In this document: in pieces, positions 37,063-46,998 of the stretch
How the letters are laid out: each line of letters starts with the position of its first letter
How positions within the stretch are numbered: the first letter of the stretch is position 1
NCBI RefSeq assembly: GCF_013004595.1
Contig: NZ_JABEMC010000003.1
Span: 372,001-421,818 of the forward strand
Reading direction: 5' to 3'
DNA length: 49,818 bases
DNA from: Brevibacterium luteolum
GTDB taxonomy: Bacteria; Actinomycetota; Actinomycetes; Actinomycetales; Brevibacteriaceae
Made by a program: the position numbers and the translations under genes
The notes under the pieces: model-generated
Databases searched by the model: none
What the model saw: only the letters and a program-made list of their open reading frames with translations
What the model was told of the DNA's origin: nothing

Positions 37063-38340
37063 TCACCTTTGTGTTCCGGTGTCCTCGCCTGTCGCCTCGG
37101 TGCCTGCGGCGTGCGATCCGCCCGAGGCGGTGGTCTGCTCACCGTCGGAGGCCGGTGAGAGCGAGATCGGTTCGCCGTTGCCGGTGAGGCTCTCGCCGAT
37201 GCCCGCCTCGGTCGTGGCCGGGGTGTGCGGCATCGTCGGGTCGGCGGAGACTGCTTCGGGCAGCACGGACTCGCCGGAGGTGCCGTTGTCCTCGCGGGCC
37301 GAACGGACCTCCTCGTAGACGCGGGCGGCATCGACGTGCTCGATGGTGCCGTCCTTGTGGCGCACGGTGTGCTCGACCGGGCCGAGCGGGATGCGCGACG
37401 GGTAGCGGCGCATGTGGATGAGCGAGGCGATGGTCGCCGTCAGCATCGCGGCACAGATGACGCCGAGCGACACCCAGGTGTTGACGTCCGGGACCATCGG
37501 CAGGAACGTCTCGTGTGCGGCGTGCATGATGAGCTTGACGCCGATGAACGCGAGGATCGCGGCGATGCCGTACTTGAGGTAGATGAGCCGGTCCATGAGA
37601 CCACCGAGCAGGAAGTACAGCTGGCGCAGACCCATGAGCGCGAAGAGGTTCGCGGTGAAGACGATAAAGGGGCTGCGGGTGATGCCGAAGATCGCCGGAA
37701 TCGAGTCGAGGGCGAACATCACGTCAGTGGTGCCGATGGCGAGGAACACGAGCAGCATCGGGGTGTAGAACTTCTTCCCATCGATGCGGGTCGTCAGCTT
37801 GTTGCCGTTGTAATCGTCGGTGATGTTGATGCGCTTGCGCAGCATCTTGATGAACTTGTTGTCCTCGTTGTCCTCGTCGTCGCCGCCGAAGGCCTGGTTC
37901 CATGCGGTCCACAGAAGGAAGGCGCCGAAGATGAAGAACACGCCGATGAACATCTCGATGATGATCGCGCCGGCGAGGATGAAGGCGCCGCGGAAGATCA
38001 GCGCGAGGATGATGCCGACCATCAGGACTTCCTGCTGGTACTTCGCCGGCACCTTGAACCGGGTCATGATGATGACGAAGACGAACAGATTGTCGATGCT
38101 GAGGCTGTACTCGGTCAGCCAGCCAGCGAGGAACTGGGCGCCGTGTTCTGAGTCGCCCATGAGGAACATGAGGCCGGCGAAGATGAGAGCCAAGGTGACG
38201 TAGAAGCCGACCCACAGGCTGGCCTCCTTCATGGAGGGCACGTGGGGGCGTTTGACGACGAGGAGGAGATCCACCAGCAGGATGAGGCAGAGCACTGACA
38301 GAGATGTGATCTCAAACCACAAGGGCAACGCAGAGTTCAT
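37063..38340 (-). CDS. TerC/Alx family membrane protein (putative Mn homeostasis)
   Basis: EYSLSIDNLFVF, DVMFALDSIPAIFG, FTANLFALMGLRQLYF; about 110-aa soluble C-terminal tail. Confidence 0.93.
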   Translation of the reverse strand: MNSALPLWFEITSLSVLCLILLVDLLLVVKRPHVPSMKEASLWVGFYVTLALIFAGLMFLMGDSEHGAQFLAGWLTEYSLSIDNLFVFVIIMTRFKVPAKYQQEVLMVGIILALIFRGAFILAGAIIIEMFIGVFFIFGAFLLWTAWNQAFGGDDEDNEDNKFIKMLRKRINITDDYNGNKLTTRIDGKKFYTPMLLVFLAIGTTDVMFALDSIPAIFGITRSPFIVFTANLFALMGLRQLYFLLGGLMDRLIYLKYGIAAILAFIGVKLIMHAAHETFLPMVPDVNTWVSLGVICAAMLTATIASLIHMRRYPSRIPLGPVEHTVRHKDGTIEHVDAARVYEEVRSAREDNGTSGESVLPEAVSADPTMPHTPATTEAGIGESLTGNGEPISLSPASDGEQTTASGGSHAAGTEATGEDTGTQR

Positions 38341-38361
38341 AGCAGCCTTTCTTCAGAGTGT

Positions 38362-38464
38362 CGAAAGTCTCTCCCGCAGGCTGCGTGCGTGTACCTGCTC
38401 TCGTGCCCGGATCGCATGGGCGAACGTGATGACGAACACGAGATGACTGGGATACTCCCCTTCC
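38362..38464 (-). ncRNA. yybP-ykoY manganese riboswitch
   Basis: Minus strand GAAGGGGAGUA...UCGUCAUCAC...UCCGG...GGGAGAGACUUUC in the family order, directly upstream of terC; TACACT -10 at 38474-38479. Confidence 0.85.
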
Positions 38465-38486
38465 AAGCACTCAAGTGTACATCCCT

Positions 38487-40685
38487 TTACGCGTGACCTT
38501 CCTTCTGCATCGTGCGCAGCTCCTGTTTAAGGTCGCCGAGTTCGTCACGCAGACGGGCGGCGAGCTCGAACTGCAGCTCGGCTGCTGCGGTGTGCATCTG
38601 CTCGGTCATGGTGGCGATGAGCTCAGTGAGATCGGCTGCCGGCGGGCGCAGGCTGCCTCCGCCGGAAGCTGCGTCACCGCTGCTGACGGCGCCCGCGCGC
38701 TGATCGTCGGTCAGAGTGGCGTTGTAACCGCGCCGGCCCTTGCCGTAGTCGAACTGGGTGAGCAGCTCACGGGTGTCCTCGTCCTCGCGCTGCAGCCGCT
38801 CGGTGATGTCGGCGATCTTCTTGACCAGCGGAGTCGGGTCGATGCCGTGCTCCTCGTTGTAGGCGATCTGGATGTCGCGGCGGCGGTTCGTCTCGTCGAT
38901 CGCGTACCGCATCGACGGAGTGATCGTGTCGGCGTACATGTGCACCTCGCCGTTGACGTTGCGGGCGGCACGGCCGATCGTCTGGATGAGGGAGGTGCCC
39001 GAGCGCAGGAAGCCCTCCTTGTCGGCATCGAGGATCGCCACCAGCGACACCTCAGGGAGGTCGAGTCCCTCGCGCAGCAGGTTGATGCCGACGAGCACAT
39101 CGAACTCACCGCTGCGCAGCTCGCTCAGCAGCTCGACGCGGCGCAGGGTGTCGACGTCGGAGTGCAGGTACTGCACGCGCACCTCGTGCTCGAGGAGGTA
39201 ATCAGTGAGGTCCTCGGCCATCTTCTTCGTCAGCGTAGTCACGAGAGTGCGCTCGTTGCGGTCGACGCGGTCGCGGATCTCACCGAGGAGGTCGTCGATC
39301 TGGCCCTTCGTCGGCTTGACCTCGACCTTCGGATCGACGAGTCCGGTCGGGCGGATGATCTGCTCGACGACCCCGTTGGCGCGCTCCAGCTCGAAGGGTC
39401 CGGGGGTTGCGGAAAGGTAGACGGTCTGGCCGATCCGGTCGAGGAACTCATCGAACTTCAGCGGCCGGTTGTCCAGGGCGCTCGGCAGCCGGAATCCGTG
39501 CTCGACGAGAGTGCGCTTGCGCGACATATCGCCTTCGTACATGCCGCCGATCTGCGGGACGGTGACGTGGCTTTCGTCGATGACGAGGAGGTAGTCCTCG
39601 GGGAAGTAGTCAAGCAGGCAGTTCGGTGCCGAACCGGGGGCGCGCCCATCGATATGCCGGGAGTAGTTCTCGATGCCGGAGGTGAAGCCCATCGACTGCA
39701 TCATCTCGAGGTCGTAGGTGGTGCGCATCTTCAGCCGCTGGGCTTCGAGCAGCTTGTTCTGGCTCTCCAGCTCCTGCAGGCGGTTCGCCAGCTCCTCTTC
39801 GATGTCGGCGATCGCGCGGCCCATCCGGTCCTCACCGGCGACGTAGTGGCTGGCGGGGAAGATGTGGAGGACTTCCTCTTCGCGCACGATCTCACCGGTG
39901 AGCGGGTGGAGGGTGTAGAGCGACTCGATCTCGTCGCCGAAGAATTCGATGCGCAGCGCGAGCTCTTCGTACTGCGGGATGATCTCCACGGTGTCGCCGC
40001 GCACCCGGAAGGTGCCGCGGGTGAAGGCGAGGTCGTTGCGGGTGTACTGCATCTCGACGAACCGCTTGAGCAGCGCATCGCGGTCGTATTCCTCGCCGAC
40101 GGCGACCGACACCATGCCCTCGACGTACTCCTCGGGCGTGCCGAGGCCGTAAATGCAGGACACCGTGGAGACCACGACGACGTCGCGGCGGGTCAGCAGC
40201 GCGTTCGTCGCCGAGTGCCGCAGCCGTTCGACCTCATCGTTGATCGAGGAGTCCTTCTCGATGAAGGTGTCCGTCTGCGGGACGTAGGCTTCGGGCTGGT
40301 AGTAGTCGTAGTAGGAGACGAAGTACTCGACTGCGTTGTGCGGCAGCAGCTGGCGGAACTCATTGGCCAGCTGAGCGGCCAGCGTCTTGTTCGGCGCCAT
40401 CACGAGGGTGGGCCGCTGCACCTTCTCGATGAGCCAGGCGGTCGTCGCCGACTTGCCGGTGCCGGTGGCGCCGAGCAGGACGACATCGCGTTCGCCGTCA
40501 GCGAGGCGCTCGGAGATCTCCCGGATCGCCGTCGGCTGGTCACCCGAGGGCGAGTATTCGCTCACGACCTCGAACGGTGCCACGGAACGGACCACCTCGG
40601 GCCGGTGTCCGATCTTGGGCACGGGCCGCTGCGGAGCCTCCTGGGGTGTGGTGTCTGCCGGGTTGAGGACCTCACTCGATGCCAT
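38487..40685 (-). CDS. uvrB: Excinuclease ABC subunit B
   Basis: [45 protein letters not shown]-terminal UVR domain; start moved to ATG 40685. Confidence 0.97.
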   Translation of the reverse strand: MASSEVLNPADTTPQEAPQRPVPKIGHRPEVVRSVAPFEVVSEYSPSGDQPTAIREISERLADGERDVVLLGATGTGKSATTAWLIEKVQRPTLVMAPNKTLAAQLANEFRQLLPHNAVEYFVSYYDYYQPEAYVPQTDTFIEKDSSINDEVERLRHSATNALLTRRDVVVVSTVSCIYGLGTPEEYVEGMVSVAVGEEYDRDALLKRFVEMQYTRNDLAFTRGTFRVRGDTVEIIPQYEELALRIEFFGDEIESLYTLHPLTGEIVREEEVLHIFPASHYVAGEDRMGRAIADIEEELANRLQELESQNKLLEAQRLKMRTTYDLEMMQSMGFTSGIENYSRHIDGRAPGSAPNCLLDYFPEDYLLVIDESHVTVPQIGGMYEGDMSRKRTLVEHGFRLPSALDNRPLKFDEFLDRIGQTVYLSATPGPFELERANGVVEQIIRPTGLVDPKVEVKPTKGQIDDLLGEIRDRVDRNERTLVTTLTKKMAEDLTDYLLEHEVRVQYLHSDVDTLRRVELLSELRSGEFDVLVGINLLREGLDLPEVSLVAILDADKEGFLRSGTSLIQTIGRAARNVNGEVHMYADTITPSMRYAIDETNRRRDIQIAYNEEHGIDPTPLVKKIADITERLQREDEDTRELLTQFDYGKGRRGYNATLTDDQRAGAVSSGDAASGGGSLRPPAADLTELIATMTEQMHTAAAELQFELAARLRDELGDLKQELRTMQKEGHA

Positions 40686-40691
40686 GCAACC

Positions 40692-40713
40692 ACTGTACGC
40701 CGGGGCACTGACG
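40692..40713 (-). promoter_or_regulatory. RecA-NDp / PafBC-type DNA-damage promoter of uvrB
   Basis: Minus strand cGTCAGTG-ccccggcg-TACAGT, then 6 nt to the ATG. Confidence 0.7.
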
Positions 40714-40823
40714 CGGCCAACAGACTGTAGGCTGGAACACGTCAGCGCAGATGAGCCCCGGCACCGGTGGATCAGCACCGCTGGCAGTTGCGACGGATCA
40801 GCGCGAACTGAAAGGACCTTTCC

Positions 40824-41255
40824 ATGGCCGAGATCGTTTCGAAAGCACACACCACCTGGCGCGGAGACCTCGCCGGCGGCACCGGCACCGTCAGCCTCGA
40901 CTCCTCCCAGGCTGCCACTCTGGACATGCGCTGGGCATCCCGCGCAGAACAGCACACCAACGGCGTGACCAATCCTGAAGAGCTCATCGGCGCCGCCCAC
41001 TCGGCCTGCTTCTCCATGGCACTGGCCAATGCGCTGACGGACAACGGCACGCCGCCCGAGGAGCTCAACACCGGCGCCGATGTCACCTTCTCCCCTGAGA
41101 AGGGCATCACCGACATCCACCTCGTGGTCGTCGGCCGGATCCCCGGCCTGTCGCACTCGGATTTCGAGCGCATCGCACAGAAGGCGAAGAAGGACTGCCC
41201 GGTGTCGAAGGCGCTCAAGGGCGTCGACATCCACCTCGACGCCTCACTCGGCTGA
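40824..41255 (+). CDS. osmC: OsmC family peroxiredoxin
   Basis: [19 protein letters not shown] and CPVSKAL catalytic Cys pair; AAAGGA SD. Confidence 0.93.
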   Translation: MAEIVSKAHTTWRGDLAGGTGTVSLDSSQAATLDMRWASRAEQHTNGVTNPEELIGAAHSACFSMALANALTDNGTPPEELNTGADVTFSPEKGITDIHLVVVGRIPGLSHSDFERIAQKAKKDCPVSKALKGVDIHLDASLG

Positions 41256-41261
41256 GCCCGT

Positions 41262-42437
41262 TCAGCTCGATTCTGAGCGGCGGAACTCATCACGCAGCGG
41301 CGTGAAGAACGGTTCCTTCGCCTCGGCATAGCGGCTGGTCGAACGGTCATCGATGTGCTGTTCGGCCAGCCGCTTCTTGGTGCCCTCATAGTCAGCGCGC
41401 ACGGCGGCATCGGTGCGCAGCCGTTCGGCGAAATGCGCAGCGAACCGTGCTGACAGGCTGCCGCGGGTGCGCACGTGCACGTTGACCGGCTGGCCGGGAT
41501 CGGCGTTGCGATGGAAGCGCTTCGCGACGTGGCCGGCGTCGTCCCAGTCATCGAAAGCGTCGACGTAGTGCTGCGGGTACCCGGCTGCCGTCAATGCCTC
41601 AGCTGCAGCATCCCACTCTGCCTCGGTGGTCGTGAGAACCTGCAGGTCGATGATGTCCTTGGCCAGCAGACCCGGCACGCTCGTCGAGCCGATGTGCTCG
41701 ACCTCAGCATCAGACAGGCCCGCTTCTGTCAGTGCGTAGGAGATGCGGCTGCTCAGCCGCTGCGCCGTCTGTACGTGCTGCTCCCCTGCTGGGACGAGCT
41801 GAACGCCGGAGCGCTCGGCTGTCCGGCCGGCGGCGAGGTTGTCGGCAAAGGGCTGGATTCGCTTCGCGAACACCTTGGCGAATGCCGCCTGGGCCGATTC
41901 CGGTGTGCCTGAGTTGTCGATGACGACATCGCAGGCGGCCAGTCGCTCGGCATCGCTGGCTTGGGCGCTGATGCGCTTCTGCGCATCGACTGGATCCATT
42001 CCGCGGGAGTCGACCAGCCGTTTGAGCCGGATGTCGGCGGGCGTTTCGACGAGGACCGCGAGATGATAGAGCCGGGTCATGCTGTTCTCGACGAGCAGCG
42101 GCACGTCGTGGACGACGATGGGGGCGTCAGCGTGGCGCTCGTAGTGTTCCCGGGTGCGTTCGGCGATCGCCGGGTGCATGATCGAGTTGAGCTTGGCTGT
42201 CGACTGCGGATCGGAGAAGGCGACGACGGCCAGCCCACCGCGATTGAGAGTGCCGTCGGGATGGAGGACCTGCTCGCCGAACTCCGACACGAGTGACTTC
42301 AGGGCCGGTTCACCGGGCTCGACGATCTCGCGGGCGATCTCATCAGCGTCGATGACCGGGATTCCCCGCTCGCGGAACTGCTCGGCGATGGTCGACTTGC
42401 CGGCGCCGATGCCGCCTGTGAGTCCGATTCTCAGCAT
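41262..42437 (-). CDS. coaE: Dephospho-CoA kinase fused to a GrpB/UPF0157 domain
   Basis: IGLTGGIGAGKST, DVPLLVE; C-terminal EHIGSTSVPGL.AKDIIDLQ; start moved to ATG 42437. Confidence 0.93.
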   Translation of the reverse strand: MLRIGLTGGIGAGKSTIAEQFRERGIPVIDADEIAREIVEPGEPALKSLVSEFGEQVLHPDGTLNRGGLAVVAFSDPQSTAKLNSIMHPAIAERTREHYERHADAPIVVHDVPLLVENSMTRLYHLAVLVETPADIRLKRLVDSRGMDPVDAQKRISAQASDAERLAACDVVIDNSGTPESAQAAFAKVFAKRIQPFADNLAAGRTAERSGVQLVPAGEQHVQTAQRLSSRISYALTEAGLSDAEVEHIGSTSVPGLLAKDIIDLQVLTTTEAEWDAAAEALTAAGYPQHYVDAFDDWDDAGHVAKRFHRNADPGQPVNVHVRTRGSLSARFAAHFAERLRTDAAVRADYEGTKKRLAEQHIDDRSTSRYAEAKEPFFTPLRDEFRRSESS

Positions 42438-42501
42438 GCTCTCCACTCTACTGTGCGCGCTCGTCCACGGCAGGATCGTCCGGTCGTAGTGCTGGCAGGG
42501 G

Positions 42502-44313
42502 TCAGCGGCTGCGCACGTCGATGAGGAACACGCCGTCGATGTTCTGCACTGGGCTGCCGGCCCCTTCGGCGACGAAAGCCGCGATCAGGTCAGCAGCAGC
42601 CGGCAGGTAGGCAACGTCCTGTCCGATGACGATGAAGTCGATGCCCTCCTCACGCAGCGCGGTCACGGTGTCCGAGGCGGCCCGTGCCCGCACCTCGGGG
42701 TCGCCTGGGATCGGCTGGCGCAGCCGCTCGTCGAGCGCGTCGCGCTGGGCGCCGAAGACGATCGGGCTGGTGTCGGTCGAGCCGATGAAGTAGCCGCCGG
42801 TCTCCCGGTAATGCATTCCGGTCAGGGCCTGCCAGACAAGCGCGACGTCGGCGTCGGGCGCGGCCAGGGCGATGGGGCGAGGCATCGTCTTGACGACGCT
42901 GCCCGCCGGCAGGTGCTCGGCATATGCGGAGGCGTAGAACTCTGGGATCGGCACTTGGCGCGCCGACACCGGGCCGGTGCTGACGGCGATGACGATGACC
43001 GCTGCTGTCACCTGGGTGAGGGCGAGCAGACGGCTCTGCTTCTCCCGCGTGCGCAGCACCTGGTGCATTCCGACGGCCAGCAGCACCGCGGCCGCCAGGG
43101 TTGGATAGATCGCCAGGCGCATCGGCAGCACATTGCCGAGCACCGGCAGCGCTTCGATGAGGTGGTAGGGACCGACGGCCAGAACCTCACGGCCGGCGAA
43201 GAACCACGGTGAGCCGAGGGAGAGCATCCACATGACAAGCGCGGTGAGCGCGGTGATTCGCACGAGCGGGCCGAGGCGTCGGTGGTTCCAGAGGAGCACA
43301 GTCGTCAGGATGGCGAAAGCCAGCCAGAAGAAGCCGAGGTAGGCCCCGATCTCTGCTGGGTCGATCGCCTGGACGCGCGGCAGCGGGTCGGCATCAGGAC
43401 CGCCGAGCAGCGTGAACTGGCTGGGGAAGACGACTTCGAGCAGGTCGTTGTTCCACACGCCTTGCGGGCGGATCGTCTGCTGCGGGGCACCAGGAGAGGT
43501 GAGCATCGTAAGGATGAGCGGCAGCCCGATGAGCAGCGCTGTCACTGCAGCGGCCGCTCCCCCGGTGAGAAGGCGTGTGAGACCTGCCCGCCGCTGCGCG
43601 GCATCATAGCGCCGGGCGAGCACGATGGCGGCGATGAGACAGAAGACGATGCCGGCGATCGAGAGGCCGGCGGCCAGTTCGGAGCTGACGTAGAGCTGCC
43701 AGCCGAGCAGAACCCCGAGGCAAAGGCCGATGACAAAGGCCCGGCGCAGGCTGTGGCAGCGGGCCAGCCGGATGAGGCCGTAGGCCACCAGCGGTGGGGT
43801 GAGCGCGACGGCGAGGTTGAGGTGGCCGGCGGATTGGGCCACGACGTAGGTGGAGAAGCCGTAGGAGAAACCGCCGAGGAACGCAGGACCGCGGGTGGTG
43901 AACTGGCGGATGAGCAGAGCAGCCGCCAGCGCCGAGGCAGGTGCGGCGAGCATGATGGCGATGTTGTAGGCAACGATCGGGCCGAACAGCCACGTGATCG
44001 GCACCATCGGCACGGCGATGCCGATGACTGAGGTGTTCCACGCGCCGTTGACGCCAGTGGGGTAGTTCATCAGCTGCGTGAACAGCAGGTTCGTCTCCCC
44101 TGACCCCTGCCCGAACCAGCTCGCGACGACATCGGCGGCATGGGCGAACCACCAGATGAACAGCGAGGGGTCGTCGTTGTGCGCGAAGACTGACCCGCTG
44201 AGGTCGGTGAGCAGCTGCCAGTAGATGACGCAGGACCAGGCGAGCAGGAACAGTGCGTAGAGCCCCCAGTCCCTGACCGGGCGCGTGAACCGTGTGCGCT
44301 GCTGGGATCTCAT
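42502..44313 (-). CDS. Polytopic membrane protein, putative GT-C-type glycosyltransferase
   Basis: 603 aa with many hydrophobic segments; NDD acidic motif after the first TM; soluble C-terminal domain. The ORF is clear but the function is inferred. Confidence 0.55.
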   Translation of the reverse strand: MRSQQRTRFTRPVRDWGLYALFLLAWSCVIYWQLLTDLSGSVFAHNDDPSLFIWWFAHAADVVASWFGQGSGETNLLFTQLMNYPTGVNGAWNTSVIGIAVPMVPITWLFGPIVAYNIAIMLAAPASALAAALLIRQFTTRGPAFLGGFSYGFSTYVVAQSAGHLNLAVALTPPLVAYGLIRLARCHSLRRAFVIGLCLGVLLGWQLYVSSELAAGLSIAGIVFCLIAAIVLARRYDAAQRRAGLTRLLTGGAAAAVTALLIGLPLILTMLTSPGAPQQTIRPQGVWNNDLLEVVFPSQFTLLGGPDADPLPRVQAIDPAEIGAYLGFFWLAFAILTTVLLWNHRRLGPLVRITALTALVMWMLSLGSPWFFAGREVLAVGPYHLIEALPVLGNVLPMRLAIYPTLAAAVLLAVGMHQVLRTREKQSRLLALTQVTAAVIVIAVSTGPVSARQVPIPEFYASAYAEHLPAGSVVKTMPRPIALAAPDADVALVWQALTGMHYRETGGYFIGSTDTSPIVFGAQRDALDERLRQPIPGDPEVRARAASDTVTALREEGIDFIVIGQDVAYLPAAADLIAAFVAEGAGSPVQNIDGVFLIDVRSR

Positions 44314-44331
44314 GATGCGCTGCCAACGCCA

Positions 44332-44367
44332 ACGAGGGCGTCCGAACCGTGGTTCGGACGCCCTCGT
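44332..44367 (-). terminator. Terminator hairpin after rpsA
   Basis: Perfect inverted repeat ACGAGGGCGTCCGAACC/GGTTCGGACGCCCTCGT just downstream of the rpsA stop; weak U-tract. Confidence 0.75.
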
Positions 44368-44384
44368 GTCAGGCTGTGTGCCGG

Positions 44385-45857
44385 TCAGTTGCCTGCAAGC
44401 TTCTCGCGCAGTGCGGCGAGAGCCTCATCGCTGGCAAGCGTACCGGCGTCGGCCGGCTCGTCGGAGCTGTAGGAAGCCTGCGACGGGACGTCGGCGGCTT
44501 CGGAGCCACCGGCCTCGGCGTCGGCAGCGATCGCCTTGGCGACCTGCTTCTTGTGCTCTTCCCAGCGAGCCTGGGCAGCGGCGTACTGCTGCTCCCACTC
44601 TTCGCGCTGAGCCTCGTAGCCCTCGAGCCATTCCTGGGTCTCGGGATCGAAGCCCTCGGGGTACTTGTAGTTGCCGTCCTCGTCGTACTCCTGGAGCATG
44701 CCGTACAGAGCCGGGTCGTGGAACTCGGTGGCATCCGGGTCGACGCCCTCGTTGGCCTGCTTGAGCGACAGCGAGATGCGGCGGCGCTCCAGGTCGATGT
44801 CGATGACCTTGACGTAGATGGTCTCGTCGACCGAGACGACCTGCTCGGGCAGGTCGATGTGGCGCACGGCGAGCTCGGAGATGTGGACGAGTCCCTCGAT
44901 GCCGTCTTCGACACGCACGAATGCACCGAACGGAACGAGCTTGGTGACCTTGCCCGGCACGATCTGTCCGATGACGTGGGTGCGGGCGAAGTGCTGCCAC
45001 GGATCTTCCTGGGTGGCCTTGAGCGACAGGGACACGCGCTCGCGGTCCATGTCGACGTCGAGCACCTCGACGGTGACCTCGTCACCGACAGCGACGACCT
45101 CGCTCGGGTGGTCGATGTGCTTCCAGGACAGTTCGGAGACGTGGACGAGTCCGTCGACACCGCCGAGATCGACGAAGGCGCCGAAGTTGACGATCGAGGA
45201 CACGACGCCCGGACGGACCTGGCCCTTCTGCAGGGTCTGCAGGAAGTCGTGGCGGACAGCCGACTGGGTCTCTTCGAGCCAGGCGCGGCGCGAGAGCACG
45301 ACGTTGTTGCGGTTCTTGTCCAGTTCGATGATCTTGGCCTCGACCTGCTGACCGATGTACGGCGACAGGTCGCGGACGCGACGCATCTCGACAAGCGAAG
45401 CCGGCAGGAAGCCGCGCAGTCCGATGTCGACGATGAGGCCGCCCTTGACAACCTCGATGACGGTGCCGGTGACGACGCCTTCGTCTTCCTTGATCTTCTC
45501 GATGTCGCCCCACGCGCGCTCGTACTGCGCGCGCTTCTTCGACAGCATCAGGCGTCCGTCCTTGTCCTCCTTGGTGAGGACCAGGGCTTCGATCTCGTCT
45601 CCGACCTCGACGACCTCAGCAGGGTCGACATCGTGCTTGATCGACAGTTCGCGCGAAAGGATGACACCTTCCGTCTTGTATCCGATGTCGACCAGAACTT
45701 CGTCGCGGTCGACCTTGACGACGGTGCCTTCAACGATGTCTCCGTCGTTGAAGTACTTGATGGTCTCGTCGACTGCCGCGAGGAAATCGTCTGCAGATCC
45801 GATGTCGTTGACGGCGATCTGCTCGTTGGTCGCCGTTCCCGGCGTGGTGGTGGTCAT
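44385..45857 (-). CDS. rpsA: 30S ribosomal protein S1
   Basis: VDIGYKTEGVI, four S1 repeats, actinobacterial C-terminus LASDEALAALREKL. Confidence 0.98.
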   Translation of the reverse strand: MTTTTPGTATNEQIAVNDIGSADDFLAAVDETIKYFNDGDIVEGTVVKVDRDEVLVDIGYKTEGVILSRELSIKHDVDPAEVVEVGDEIEALVLTKEDKDGRLMLSKKRAQYERAWGDIEKIKEDEGVVTGTVIEVVKGGLIVDIGLRGFLPASLVEMRRVRDLSPYIGQQVEAKIIELDKNRNNVVLSRRAWLEETQSAVRHDFLQTLQKGQVRPGVVSSIVNFGAFVDLGGVDGLVHVSELSWKHIDHPSEVVAVGDEVTVEVLDVDMDRERVSLSLKATQEDPWQHFARTHVIGQIVPGKVTKLVPFGAFVRVEDGIEGLVHISELAVRHIDLPEQVVSVDETIYVKVIDIDLERRRISLSLKQANEGVDPDATEFHDPALYGMLQEYDEDGNYKYPEGFDPETQEWLEGYEAQREEWEQQYAAAQARWEEHKKQVAKAIAADAEAGGSEAADVPSQASYSSDEPADAGTLASDEALAALREKLAGN

Positions 45858-46125
45858 AAAGGTTGAGACTCCGTAATGGACTTTTCACCGGCGCGGACGC
45901 CAGTGTCTAGATGGACTGATGGACTTTGTGGAATGCACGGCTGCGGTGAATGTGTCACGATGAGTGAGATCGGGAATACGGAAGATTTCCGACAGCGGCT
46001 GTTCTCGCCACGAGAACCGCGCCCACACGCGCGCAGCGCATACGATAGCCAATGTTAGCATCATCAATGCGGATGACGCACACGCGCGAGCAGATTTTAA
46101 CCTCCCACAGCACTGGAGCCTTCCC

Positions 46126-46962
46126 ATGACGGACAGCGAGTACTCTCCGGAGATCATCAGCGGCGGCTATCTCGCCATCGACGAAGAGGCGTCAGTGCGA
46201 GCCAATCGCAGCTATTGGGACCATTCGGCTGAGGAGTACCTCGCCGAGCACGGCAGCTTCCTCGGCGCTGCTGAGTTCGTCTGGTGTCCGGAGGGAATTC
46301 ACGAATCCGACATCCAGCTGCTCGGCGATGTCGACCGTCAGCAGGTGCTCGAGGTCGGCTGCGGTGCTGGCCAGTGCTCCCGCTGGCTGGCCGAGCAGGG
46401 CGCCATCACGACCGGCGTCGATCTGTCCTCGGGCATGCTCGAGCAGGCCTCCCGGCTGCAGAAGGAGCATCCGCTCTCAGAGACCGCCGTGCCGCCGACG
46501 TTCCTGCAGGCTGATGCCCGGCAACTGCCGTTCGCCTCCAGCAGCTTCGACATCGCCTTCTCCTCCTATGGCGCACTCCCCTTCGTCAAGGACGCCGAGG
46601 TGGTCCTCGCCGAGGTCGCCCGCGTGCTGCGTTCCGGCGGCCGCTGGGTCTTCTCCGTCACCCATCCGGTGCGCTGGATGTTCCCGGATGTGCCCGGTGA
46701 GGCCGGGCTGACGGTCGAGTACTCGTACTTCGACCGCACCCCCTATGTCGAGGTCGATGCGAACGGCGAGCCGGTCTACGCCGAGCACCACCGCACCTTC
46801 GGCGACTGGATCTCTCTGCTCGTCGACGCCGGCTTCCAGCTCACCGGCGTGACCGAACCCGAGTGGCCGGAGCGCAATGAGACCGCCTGGGGCGGCTGGT
46901 CGCCGCTGCGCGGGGCGCTCATGCCCGGCACTGCGATCTTCTCGACCCGCCTGGGCGGCTGA
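46126..46962 (+). CDS. Class I SAM-dependent methyltransferase
   Basis: VLEVGCGAG, GVDLSSGML, QADARQLPF, RVLRSGG; GGAG SD before ATG 46126; usual position between rpsA and polA. Confidence 0.9.
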   Translation: MTDSEYSPEIISGGYLAIDEEASVRANRSYWDHSAEEYLAEHGSFLGAAEFVWCPEGIHESDIQLLGDVDRQQVLEVGCGAGQCSRWLAEQGAITTGVDLSSGMLEQASRLQKEHPLSETAVPPTFLQADARQLPFASSSFDIAFSSYGALPFVKDAEVVLAEVARVLRSGGRWVFSVTHPVRWMFPDVPGEAGLTVEYSYFDRTPYVEVDANGEPVYAEHHRTFGDWISLLVDAGFQLTGVTEPEWPERNETAWGGWSPLRGALMPGTAIFSTRLGG

Positions 46963-46998
46963 TCGCGCCGGCTGCTGTCCCGTCGCCGAGGCGGTGGC

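Noticed and set aside
38475..40730. Long antisense ORFs (751 aa opposite uvrB; also 34054-35823, 29478-31025, 44349-45866, 10073-11332, 25059-26225)
   Set aside because: Shadow frames of high-GC coding genes, where biased codon usage suppresses antisense stops; no recognisable motifs
40769..40802. GGATCAGC direct repeat in the osmC leader
   Set aside because: Only two 8-bp copies with no supporting structure
41262..41850. GrpB/UPF0157 domain fused to CoaE
   Set aside because: Already a known fusion in actinobacteria, including mycobacterial CoaE
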